Below, in pieces: positions 42,675-53,747 of a stretch of DNA of 64,000 nucleotides. Position 1 is the first letter of the stretch. Each line of letters begins with the position of its first letter. The notes beneath the pieces were generated by a model, which did no database searches, was not told where the DNA came from, and saw only the letters and a program-made list of their open reading frames with translations. The stretch is from contig CDMY01000474.1 in assembly GCA_001179505.1 (NCBI GenBank), forward strand, positions 5,581 to 69,580. The letters run 5' to 3'. A program made the position numbers and the translations under genes. Source of the stretch: Vitrella brassicaformis CCMP3155 (lineage: Eukaryota > Protista > Chromerida).

Positions 42675-44125
42675 TATCGAGGAGGGCCAGGTCCCAGCGG
42701 ATATCAGGACTACCGCTATCCGCCGTCGGTGCCGCTGCTGTTGGACGTCAAGAAGAAGGTCGACAAACTACTCGAGCTACAGACGAGTGCGAGGTGACGG
42801 TAAGGCACCACACACACGGGCAATGGGAGTGGTTGACGTGATGCTTTGTGTGTGGCGTGTCATTTGTGTGCAGGCAACTGTTTTACCGTGCCCTCGCTTT
42901 CGGCCTCCGTGAACTGCGAGATGCTGGCGAGTACGCCTTCGATGTGCCCGACGACTGTGAAGACACAGTGGGGGCGCCTGCAACGCCTCAACGGGACCGA
43001 TCTATACTGGCACCTGATGACTGACAGCGACCTGGACAAAGCCATAGGTGGGTGCACAGCCCGCACCCTCCCCACAGCAGACATTCTTGACCGTTCTTTT
43101 CTCTCCCTCCTCTCCTTGGTTTTCTTCGCCGTGTGGTGGCGATGTTCATGGTCGACCACAAGGATGGCGCGCTCACCATCTCGGAGTACGTCCAGACGCA
43201 CCCCTTCCGCGGGAGCCCGGAGGACTGCTACGGGCAGAAGTACGCTGCAGATGGGTAAATGATGGGGAAGGGGGAGCTCTGGGTGGGTGGGGGTAGTGGT
43301 CACTGTGTCTGTGTCTGTATGAATGTGTGTGTGTGTGTGTGGTTGGTGGTTGCCGTGGCTTCGATATGTTTCAAGATCAGAATCCGCATCGTGCTGTTGG
43401 TAAGTGACTGACAGGACAACAATACCAATATCGACTACACACGCCTTTCTCGCTCGACTCGCGTGTGTATGCTGTGTGTGCGTCAGGACAACTCGGCTGG
43501 TGTCTGCCCGATCTACGAGTAACCCGAGGACAACTCCTCTCCCGGCACCACAGAGACAACTGTGGTCCCCTTCTTCCGGCCGTGCCACTACGACCTCCTC
43601 TACGCCAAGTACGTAGCCATATGCACACAGTTTTGACATCTTTGTGCTGTGCTATGGTTCGACGTCATGCCCACAGTTCCCAGTAGCGCCGTTTCAAAGA
43701 GTTGAGCGCGTTTCAGGGCGACTGTAGCAACTGCAACCTCTACACCACAGTGCTAGCACAGGTACGTGACCACCACACACCACAAGACCACATCACACTT
43801 CACCTCACTGGCCCGATGTGTCTATCGTCTTTGTTGCACAGGACATGCTGATCTGCTTCCATCGTTTGTGCGTCAAGTGCAAGCAGAGCCATGGGCGAGG
43901 AGAGGCCGTAAGGAAGCCGGCCCCTCACACACCATACACACACACTCACACACTCGTTCAGGGCTATCTATGTGTTCGTTGGTCCTGTTTGTTTGCAGGA
44001 CTCGGTGGAGGACCTGCAGTGCCCTGTGTGTCAGCACTCGACCGCCGAGGGAGCTGACGCCGCCAAGCAGTGCCCCATTTGCACATGTCGTGAGGACCTG
44101 CTCAAGCTCCCCTGCTGCAAATAGG
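42675..44125 (+). pseudogene. Otubain (peptidase C65, OTU deubiquitinase) + RING-finger gene, disrupted
   Basis: NYSSYRRVRGDG|NC is followed by FYRALAFGL only after a 1-nt shift. His box VPFFRPCHYDLLY follows an in-frame TAA (43520-43522), and an in-frame TAG lies at 43684-43686. Spliced RING: CSNC-x13-CFH-RL-CVKC-x16-CPVC. Confidence 0.75.
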
Positions 44126-44333
44126 TAGGTAGCCAACCACCCGCACAAAGACGGACATGAACTCACTTCCCTGCACTGGTCGCTGCTTGTGTGTGTCGCA
44201 TGTGGGTGGCTGGATGGATGGATGGATGGATGCAGATCATTTGCAAGGTATGTGCAAGTGACCACCTCATTTACAAAAGAAAGAAGATAGACAACAATGT
44301 AGGAAAGACCGAACAAACCGACACACATCGAAC

Positions 44334-46880
44334 TTGTTGAAGAGCACCAGCACCTCCACGACGACTTACCGTCCGAATATCGCGCGACTGCCTGGGAATG
44401 AGATGAGTCGGGCTGAGCCGCATCGTGGCTTTCAGCAGGGAGGGAGAGGGGAGTCCGTATCGTACGGCAGACGTCCACAGATCTGGCGGCCCACCCACCA
44501 CCACCACCAGCAGCAGCAGCAGTGCTTGCTCCGCCCTGTGTTTCGGGGACGCCAGCTGCCCCCACCAGGCGGCCTGAGCCTGTCCAACCACGTGTCCAAC
44601 CTGCGGCAGCTGCGGCCAGTAGTCGGGGACGAGGGGCCCGAACCGGCCGCAGAGGAGGAGAGTGAGGATGGAGAGGAGGACGATGAGGAGGCCGAAAGTG
44701 GTGAGGAGGAGGGTGACAGCCAGGCGGGGGAGCGTCAGGAGGGGGGAGCCATCGAGGGGCAGGACGACGGCGTAGTGCATGATGATGTGCGTGAGGAGTG
44801 CGTAGGATTTGTTGTTGAAGATGGTGAGTGGGTGACGGGGCACACCCAAAGGGCAAGGCAGACAGAGGGACGTCTGGGTGATGTCTGGCCTGACCGATCA
44901 TTGTCCTGTTTGCTGTGTGTGTGTTGGCCTCTATCGTCAGGTCGTTTGTTTGAGCGATGCCGGGCGGCGGGTCAGGAGCACCCAGGCAGCCCGTCGCCAC
45001 CGTCTACGGCTGCTGGCCAAGATGACGCCTCGGACGGCTCATCGCCGCTGCTGCCCCTCGCCGCCTCGTCTGACGCCGGCTCGGCACAGATGCCCCTCGC
45101 CCTCGCCCACTCACCCTCAGCTGCAGGCGCGCAGCCAGCACCACAGGAGGCCATGTCAGAGGAGTCGCGTGCCATTCTGGCGGCGTTCCAGCCAGCTGGC
45201 CGCTACATGGTGCGGCCCGTCGGCGAGACTCCCCGCTACGGCGTCATCGAGGGCCACTGTGAGGGCCGTCGGGTGGTGCTCAAGGCAGTCGTCCCCGACG
45301 CCATCAGGCGCGTCGACGAGGCCAGGAGGGCGCAGCTCGGCTGACGGCGCGCCGAGGCGGAGGCCATCGAGGCGCTGAAGGGCGTGACGGGGGATGGCGG
45401 CCTCCCGATTGCCGTCCCGCTGGTGGCCCACGGCCTCGCCGACGGCGATGCGCGGCTGTCGGTGGCCCTGATGGACAATGACTGGCACGAGTACCGTGAG
45501 AATGGGTATGAAAGGCTGCGGCCGTCGACGGCCAACAAGAGGGTGCCGGCTCTGATAGAGGGCTACGTGCTGATATCACAATTCTCGGTATGGATTGCAC
45601 ATGACAGAGGGGGGGGCGCGGCACGTGTGTCTGTCTGCATTGGTGTGTGCGCCTTGGCTGTTGATTTCTCCCTCTCAGAGCTGCTTACGGAGGCCGACCG
45701 CACCGACCTCGAGCAGCAGCAGCCACCATCGCCGGACCCAGAGCCCTCATCGGGCTCGGCTTCCGCTGAGGAGGCGACGCTCTCCGAGGCTGACAAGCAA
45801 CGTAAGATGACCAGCCAGCCGCCAGACAGACAGAGAGACGGCTGTTCATTCGGCAAGCAACACACCTGTGTGTGTGTGTCTGTCCGATATGGCTCAGTGG
45901 AGGAGATGCTCAGGGAGATGCGGGAAAAGCACGAGCGCAGGATGGCCGACATTCGGGCCAGTGTGCCAGCCTTTATGCTCCGTGCCCTGCAGCCTCCGCC
46001 CGCAGAGGCGGACAGTGGCGACGAGGGAGAGGAGAAGCGGGAGATGGAGAGGCAGCCGGGGCCGGCCGAGGTGTGGGACGGGGAGGTGACCCTCCTCGAC
46101 ATCTTCCACATACGCGCCGGCCTCTTGCGCGACCCATGCCTGCCGAAGGCCACCAAGCGGCGTCTGCCGGTGATCGCCCAGACCCTCCGCTGCCTGCAGC
46201 TGACCCCCGACGCCCATCGACGGCTGGTCATCTCGGCGCTGTCGTCCCTGGCTGCCATCCACGCGGCTGACTGGGTGCACGGCGACACCAACGGCCATAA
46301 CATCATGGTCGTCTGGGACGCCGTCGCCCGCCGGCTGTGCAGCCAGTGGATAGACTTTGAGATGGCCAGACGCCGGGCGGAGACACTGCAGCCGCTGCCC
46401 TCGCTGCCACAGACAGTCCATGACATCGAACCCGCCCCCGTCCCAGCCCCCCACTCAGACCCCGCCGCCGTGAGGAAGGTGGCAGCCACGATGGAGGCCG
46501 TCATCGACCGCAGCACCACCCGCAGGACGGCCAGCCCATCGCCCCCGCCCGCCCTCTACGGCCCCTTCAGCGCGGCCGCAGACGCATATGCCGTCTGCTC
46601 GCTGGGTTCGGCGGTGTTGATGGGGCCTCACATGGACCACCCCTCAGGCAGCGGCAGCAACGGCCACATCTACGGCGAGGAGGGGGCGTTCTTTGCCGAG
46701 AGGAACGACATCACGCCCCTCTACACCAGACACTTCGCCAAGAAGGTGGTGCGGGAGACGGCGGCCATGAAGAAGGCCATCGATGGGACGGTGCAGCCAA
46801 GCGCCGCCGTGCAGGAGTTCTCGCCAAACGGGCCGGCCGAGCGCCATCAGTGGCTGCGGAGAGACGAGGAGTGTCGATGA
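44334..46880 (+). pseudogene. Atypical (RIO/APH/Bud32-like) protein kinase gene with an in-frame TGA
   Basis: YGVIEG...VVLKAV (beta3 Lys), catalytic loop VHGDTNGHNIMV, IDFEMA, and subdomain-IX-like ADAYAVCSLG. ORFs 44334-45344 and 45384-46880 are in the same frame, separated only by TGA at 45342-45344 (QLG*RRAEAEAIE). Confidence 0.65.
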
Positions 46881-47095
46881 GGGGGAGCGGGGGGCGACCC
46901 CTCCCCTATCGTTGCCTGCATTTTATATTCGGTTGTTTGTGACGGATATTCTCGCTGCATTCACGTGAACTGCTCAGTGAGACATTGGCTGTGCCAATTG
47001 ACAGACCAAATGCGTTGATGTCATTAATGTCCATCAGCAGCCCACGTGTCACGCACTGATCACATACCTGTCCGCACAGCAATGCCCCTCTCAGC

Positions 47096-48175
47096 TCACC
47101 CAGCCTCTCTCATGCTGCCGTGGTTTGTTTGGCCGTAGGTGTTTGCCTGCCACCACAACCACCGATGGACCATCTGTGTGCTCCCTCTGGTGTCGGGGAG
47201 AAATGGGCCATCGGTGGTCTCATGCAGACATTCACCTCGGCCAACACACACACACACGGCAGGCCCCATCGACCAGTACACAGACAACATCATATCGCCA
47301 GACAGATAGAGTGAGAGGCAAAGACAGCCTGCCTGCTGATGGAGGGAGATGCTACAGATGGCATCGAGTGTGTGTCCGAGCAATCCCCGTACTGACCCCC
47401 CTCTAGAGCTCGGCCATGCAGTTGCCCGCCTCTCCGCGACGCTGTGATCCACACGCACAGGCCACACGTCGCCAAGAGCTGGCAAACTACATAGGCGAGC
47501 CGAGAGATGGGAAGCAGAGGGTGACGGTATGCGCACAGAGGAGGGCCGGCCGCTCACTGCCTCAACTGACGGCTGATGTGTGTGCCTAACTGACGTACTC
47601 GATGGCACGTCTGTCTGTCTGTCTGTCTGTTCGGTATGAATGTGCTTACTACAAAAGGCACCACCGCTTCCCGCGGCATAGCCCACAAAGGGCCACTGAA
47701 CAATCGCAGCCGCCAGCACTGGCCCCGCTACACACACACGTGGCTGCCACGCCCACACCATATTGACACACCACAGTCACAACCACCCCAACACGATCAG
47801 TGCAGCAAGGAAGAGAAGCGTGCGGTCATCGGCCCCGGTGTGGGTCACTGGGGAGTGTCGGCTCGTACACACCTGGAGAGCACACAGCACACAGAGAAAG
47901 AACAAGCATCCTCCCTCCCTCTCGTGGATAGTGTGAGCCCCCCTCCCTCTCTCCTCACCATTCATTGATGTGAAGGAATGCCCCGCCAGTCGCTCAGATC
48001 TGTCTCTCCGGCGAGTGGCTTCGTCAGGAAGGTCACGGCACGTCCAGCTTGGCGTCCGTTGCTGCGGCGCGGTGACCGGTGACCGGAGAGGGACGGTGGG
48101 AGGGCGAGGGCCGCAAGTCGCTCAGTGGCCGACGGAGATCTCCGTGCTCCCCTGCAGCTCGAAGCCTTCACACGC
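47096..48175 (-). CDS. Possible multi-exon membrane protein gene (poorly resolved)
   Basis: Hydrophobic exon-like blocks (RTLLFLAALIVLG, AGPVLAAAIVQWPFVGYAAG) separated by (GT)/(GACA)-rich intron-like stretches in minus orientation. No continuous model could be built. Confidence 0.3.
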
Positions 48176-48439
48176 GTGGACCATCCCTGCAACGCATGGA
48201 AGGCAGAAGATGACGAGATGCTTGACTCTCCCGGCGCATTCCTGTCATCATGCTGACCTCTTTCAACCGCGAAAGTGGGGAAAAACCCGAGAGGCCCACC
48301 ACAACGCGAGCTTGTAGCCAAGCTCGCAGCTCCGGAGGGAAAGGAGAAGGAGAAAGGGCGCCCTTTCCCTACAGTAGATCCAACACTCGGCGCCGGCGAA
48401 AATCCACATTGAGGACGGTAGCAGGCGGAGAGCTGGAAA

Positions 48440-49162
48440 ATGGCAGGGCAGGCGGCCAAGAAGGCAAGCAAGAAGGCTCAGGAAGCCATGCAGATCTACC
48501 TCTACGTCATCATTGGCGTGCAGGTGAGTTGGACAAGCACGGAAACAGCACATGCACCTGTGCTCATTTGTTTGTTTGTGTGTCCATTGATTGACTTGAC
48601 ACGTGGTGTGTGGGTGTGTGCAGATACCGTATGTGCTGGTCCGTTTCCTTTGGCAGTTTCGCTCGGTCACCCACTACACGTGTCTGGGGTACGTGTTCCT
48701 CGCCATCGTCTACTACTTCACCTACACAGGCATGGCCGAGCGGATAACCATGAGCCTCGACTACTCGTGAGCCACACGCACACACGGACACACAAGGTCA
48801 CCACCACACGCCGAAGCTGTCATTTGCTCTGAGCTGTCTGTGTCCGCTCGCAGGTACTTTCAGGATGTGTTTATCGTGAATGCGGTTGTGCAGCTGCTGA
48901 CGACCTTCAGCGACTGGTTCTGGCTCGTCTACCTGGTGGTGCCGGGGTACGCCATCTGGCGGTTAGCCTCCTCCATCCTGCAATGGGTCTTCACGCCAGA
49001 ACCGGTGAGCCGACGAGCGACCGAGGAGAGGGAGGCAGGCGATGAGCTGCGTGTGGTGTGTGTGTGTGTGTGTGTGTGCAGGACACTGGCGAGGAGGACG
49101 AGAAGACGAGAAAGAAGCGGGAAAAGGCAAATCGGCCGCGGTTTAAGCTCATGAAGCGGTGA
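48440..49162 (+). CDS. TMEM208: TMEM208 / SND2 (DUF788) ER-targeting membrane protein
   Basis: MAGQAAKK..., D..YFQDVFIVNAVVQLLTTFSDWFWLVYLVVPGYAIW, and a basic C-tail KTRKKREKANRPRFKLMKR*; 4 exons. Confidence 0.92.
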
Positions 49163-50298
49163 CATGACTGGCTCGTGTAGACGAGAGACGAGAGAGCGTT
49201 TTGCCGCTTTTGGATGTCGGATGTCATGCGTGGCTGGGGTCATGTCATGGCTGTATATCAGGCCGTCTGAGTGTGAGTGTGTGAGGTGTCATGTTGTGTG
49301 TACCGTTTATACGTGACGTGACACCTTCCTGCCTGTGGATTTATGTCCATCCCATCGACCCCTCTGCCATTCGCCCATTCATCGAATGCGTCAATCCATC
49401 GGTTGTCAGCCATCTCAGTCCTGTCGATGCAGCCCGCTCTCTCACTCATTCACACGTCGCTGCAGCCCACCATATATACACACAACCACACCCATCCATC
49501 CATCCATCCAGCCATCCATCCATCCAACCAGAAACGAACACAAACAAAAACGCAAACAGACAGGCAGCCAGGAACATGGACGAGCAGACAGGCAGGCAGG
49601 CAGGCAGGCAAAGCGACTGCTGTGCGACAAAGAGAGAAAGACAAGCCTAGGGCATAAATCAATTCATGGGTGTCTCTGCCTGCCGCTGTCCATCCCACCA
49701 CCCACCCGTGTGTACAGCCCGCACTCGTCGGTACACAGGTGTCCTAGCATCCATCCATCCATCCATGTGTGTGTGTGCGCCGGCAGTCGTGTCCCTGTCC
49801 ATCCATTCGCCCACGGTCCCTCTGTGCGCATCTCTGTCGCCACCCGGCAACTCCAAGGCACCAACACCACACATGGGCTGATACTCTGAGGTTGCAGCTC
49901 GGCGGACGAGATGCCCACAAAAGGGGGAGGGACACACGACATACACACAAACACGCCCATCATGCCATCCATCCATCCATTCATCCGGCCAGAAACAAAC
50001 ACAAACAACAACAAACAAACATGCTGCCATTCCACGTCCGTCAATCCGTCCATCAGTCAATCCATCCATCCATGCATGCACCATCTGTCAGTCAGTCATC
50101 CCTCGCCTCTAGCTAGCCACTCACTCAGTCGCCTCCCCTATAACATCAGCACACTCACACCCATCCATCCACCCTCTGCAGTAGCCCTCCCGCTCACACT
50201 CTCCCCTCCCTCTCCCTGCCTGCTCATCCCAACCGGGTGCCGTCTACTGTTACTCGCTGTTGCTGCTGCTACTGTTGCTGGCTATGGCTGGCCTGGCG

Positions 50299-51259
50299 TC
50301 ATACGGGCGGTCGCGGCCTCGTGGCGCCCGGGTTTGGCTGTGGCTGGACGGCACTGTTGGGCGGCATGGAGGGCATGGCGCTGGGCGGTGCAGCCGGGAG
50401 GGGCATGCCATAGGGGGGCGGCTGTGCGAAGGGGAAGCCGCCAAGAGGCGAGTAAACCAGATGGGGCGGCATGATTGGGGGTGGGGGAGGGGGAGGGGGA
50501 TCGCCTAAGCCCCGATGAAACGCCCACACTTCCTCGATCTCGGCGGGGGTTAGTTCTCGTATGTCAGCTGAGACATTGAGCTGTGGGGATGGATGACCCG
50601 CCATCGACGCACCGGCTGCCGCACCGGACGAGCCATGGCCGCTGGGCGGCTGAGGGGCCTGCTGGTGCATCGTCAGCACTGGGCGAGCAACACCCTGCAC
50701 GGCACAGGCAGACAGACAGGCAGACAGACAGAAAGACACACTTGTGTTTCCCTTTTCTTGACCCTGCCTGCCTTGTACCTGCTGCTGCTCAAATGGATGC
50801 GATGTGGCTACAGCTACTCCAGGACCACCAAACGGCTGCAGACAGAGCCACACACGAACACCACAGCAACATGACTGACAATAAATACCTTTGAGATCTG
50901 TGTATCTCTTGCTGTCGTACCGGTGCTGGTGGTGCATTGGGTGGAGCTGCATGGCCATGTGCCGCATAAGGGGCGGCTGCCGACCCATCACCACCGCCAC
51001 CCCCACCATGTGGAGGGGGAGGGGGATCGCCTAAGCCCCGATAAAACGCCAACACTTCCTGGATTTCCTCGTAGGTTGGTTCTCGTATGGCAGCTGAGCC
51101 GTTGAGCTGTGAGGGAGGACCCGCCATTGACGCACCGGCTCCCGCACCAGAGGGAGGGGGATCGCCTAAGCCCCGGCAAAGCGCCGCCACTTCCTTGATT
51201 TCGGCGAGGGTCGGTTCTCTTTCAGCATCTGCCGGCCGCTTGCCGACGCACGCACCCAT
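50299..51259 (-). CDS. Proline-rich protein with an N-terminal MG-x-C acylation motif and three ~25-aa repeats (3 exons)
   Basis: MGACVGK start; repeats REPTLAEIKEVAALCRGLGDPPP, REPTYEEIQEVLAFYRGLGDPPP and RELTPAEIEEVWAFHRGLGDPPP. Phase-0 introns reconcile ORFs 50789-51259 and 50299-51009. Confidence 0.65.
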
Positions 51260-51285
51260 AACTCTACTGCCAAAACGCGGCAGGT

Positions 51286-51316
51286 GGGTTCAGGGTTTGA
51301 CAGAACCCTAAAACCC
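51286..51316. promoter_or_regulatory. Telobox-like near-palindrome (GGGTTCAGGGTT-TGACAG-AACCCTAAAACCC) in a 145-bp bidirectional intergenic gap
   Basis: Two inverted arms made of telomere-like TT(T/C)AGGG units, centred between ATGs at 51259 (-) and 51405 (+). Function is inferred. Confidence 0.45.
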
Positions 51317-51404
51317 AGCGCGAAAATGGGTCACACCAAACACTGTTTGCGTCCGAGGTGTTCGTCGACGGCAAAGGAGCCAGGGAGGTGAAGCATCTAG
51401 GCAA

Positions 51405-51807
51405 ATGGGCTGCTGCTATGGTTCAGCCAAGACAGTGGATGAAGTTTTCCCGCGGACAGACCTGCTGCGGAGCCCGGACGCTCACCGCGCTGACCGCCGG
51501 GCCACAGCCCGCCTGACCCTGCTCGCATCCTCTGGCGAAGGCAGGGCACGCACGCTGCACACACAGGACATCACGGGCAGCTACTTTAGCCAAGGTACAG
51601 AATCCCAAGGCAAGCAGGCAGATCAACATGTGTTCTGTTGTGTTGTGTTGTCCTATGTGCAGATTATCTGAATGAGTTGGTGGCTAAAGGGACGGCGTTG
51701 GATGACGGCAGGACGCCGCTGCTCGTGATGCAGCTCTTCCTGGAGGCTGCCAGGGTGAGAGCAGTCGAGTGCATCAACCAACCGCCCACAGACACACCCT
51801 CAACCCA

Positions 51808-51848
<41 letters not shown>

Positions 51849-52987
51849 GCTCGGCACGTCAGGAGGAGAGTTGGTGTTTTGGTGTGTATCCCCGGGGCGG
51901 GTCGAGGGGTCGCGACATGTGGGGGGCGGTGTATGTGTATGGCTCCTTCGACGAGTCCCAGCTGAGGCTGCCGCTGCACAGGCTGCAGAGCGAGGCGTCC
52001 GTCGAAGGTGAGTGAGGTGCGCAGACAGAACGAAAGCGGGCACATTGCCATTTTCGCGTTTGTGCTGATGTGGTGTGGTTGGTACAGTGCGTGCGCATAG
52101 CGGCGATTGGTGTGTGGCGGCCTATGTGGTGTCGCTGCACGAGTGGGAGAGCAAGGGGTCCTTCGAAATCATATACCCCAAACACGTACGCCACGAAGAT
52201 ATCGCCCCCTGTGTGCACGGCTGCAGGCCTGCATTCCCTCCCTCTGTGCAGCTGCGTGCCCAACCCGACGAGTCGGATCTCGGCTGGCAGCTTACGCGTA
52301 AGTCTACAGCCTCCTTCTCTCGTCCGTCGACAGCGTTGTTTTGCGCGTGTGTGATATTGCTTTTCGTCTCAGAGGTGACATTGCCGAGCGCTTACTCTGG
52401 GGAGGAGAAGAGCGTCACAGTCGTCACTCCAACCGAGCAGCCACCGTAAGACAACCGACCGATCCACATCGGTGTCACATCCATCCCTTCTCCCTCTTGT
52501 ACCTCCCTCCAGAGACCCCGATGCCCGCTCCTCATCTATCGGCCTGCCCACCGGTGCCCATCCCCTGCACCTCAACCCCCAGACCATCCACAGCCACCAG
52601 CAGCGGTCCAACATGTACATGCAGAGCGACAACGACCACGCGGCCAGGCAGCACGACGCACTCATGGACGCACTCACCGGCGAGCGGCACTTCAGCGGCA
52701 ACATCGTGTCCGACCTCACCTTTCCCCCATCCCGCAACCAGGCCATCCGCAACGATGGGGTCATGACGTTCGCCTCTGCCGCCGGGCGCAACGAATTCCG
52801 CAGCCTGGGCGAGCGGTCGCCTGCACGGCTGGTGCACCAGCCCCAGCCCATCCCTGTGGCAGCGTCACCACTTGAGGAGTGGCGGGCGACCAACGGAGGG
52901 CCGCCGCCTGTGGCGTGGGCGCTGGGATGGCCGCAGCCAGACTGGAGGAGGCGATCAAGCACCGGGGAGAGAGAGGCGCTGCTGTGA
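51405..52987 (+). CDS. Hypothetical protein with an N-terminal MGCC myristoylation/palmitoylation motif (~6 exons)
   Basis: MGCCYGSAK start; exons ...SYFSQ|DYLNELV...EAAR|ESWCFGVYPRG...|...SLHEWESKGSFEIIYPK...|EVTLP...|...EREALL*. Confidence 0.7.
51812..51845. repeat. (CT)n microsatellite, intronic; representative of many intronic (GT)n, (AC)n, (CCAT)n, (GACA)n and (GGCA)n tracts across the window
   Basis: Pure TC dinucleotide run read directly from the sequence. Confidence 0.95.
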
Positions 52988-53747
52988 TTGATTATGGATC
53001 GATTTGAGAGAGGGACATTGAGCCAGAGCGGGAGAGAGAGTGCGTGCATACCACCTGTGTGTGTGTTTGGCGGCCACCAGTGGATGGGCACAAACACACT
53101 GTATGGGAGGGAATTATGGCGAGTTCCACACTGAGGTTGTTGGGATGATGTGGTTGTTGTGATGATGTGTGTACGTATTTGTGACGGACTGACATTGTTT
53201 GTGTGTGTCAGTGATGTGGTGCATTGTGTTGTATGTGCGTGCCGCCGCGTTTTGTACAGGGTTTTGCTGACTAGCACCTACCTAGACAGAGAGATGAACC
53301 TGTAATTTGTGAAGACTGAAGACTGATGGATGGAGGAGGGATCGGCTAGAGAGCCTAGTTTTTCGACAGACACCACCCTTGGCTCTCTGCCTGCTCATTC
53401 ATGTGTTTTTGGTGTTAAGACACGATGCGATGGAATCACATTGACTGACGTCACCATCACGCCACGCCCATAGATATATATGTACACACGTCTGTGGAGA
53501 AGAACAGCACGCTACACGCTACACATACCATTCCTGTGTTGTCGTGTCGTCTTGCTGAAGGAAGGACACCACTGGTCTGTTTCCCGCCCCCGGCTGGCAA
53601 CGAGTGACGGTCTCTCTTCCTGGCAGAGCGACCATCAGCTGTTCCCACCCCGAGCTGGAAACAGCCAGTGGTACCATACGTACGATGATCTGTCCGATCA
53701 CACATCCGCAGCACAGCAGCCACTCAACTCACCCCTCCGTCCCTCTC

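Noticed and set aside
43520-45344. Stop-codon reassignment or selenocysteine as an explanation for the in-frame TAA, TAG and TGA
   Set aside because: Neighbouring intact genes end normally on TAA, TAG and TGA; the OTU locus also has frameshifts; the TGA is not at a redox Cys position and I could not identify a SECIS element.
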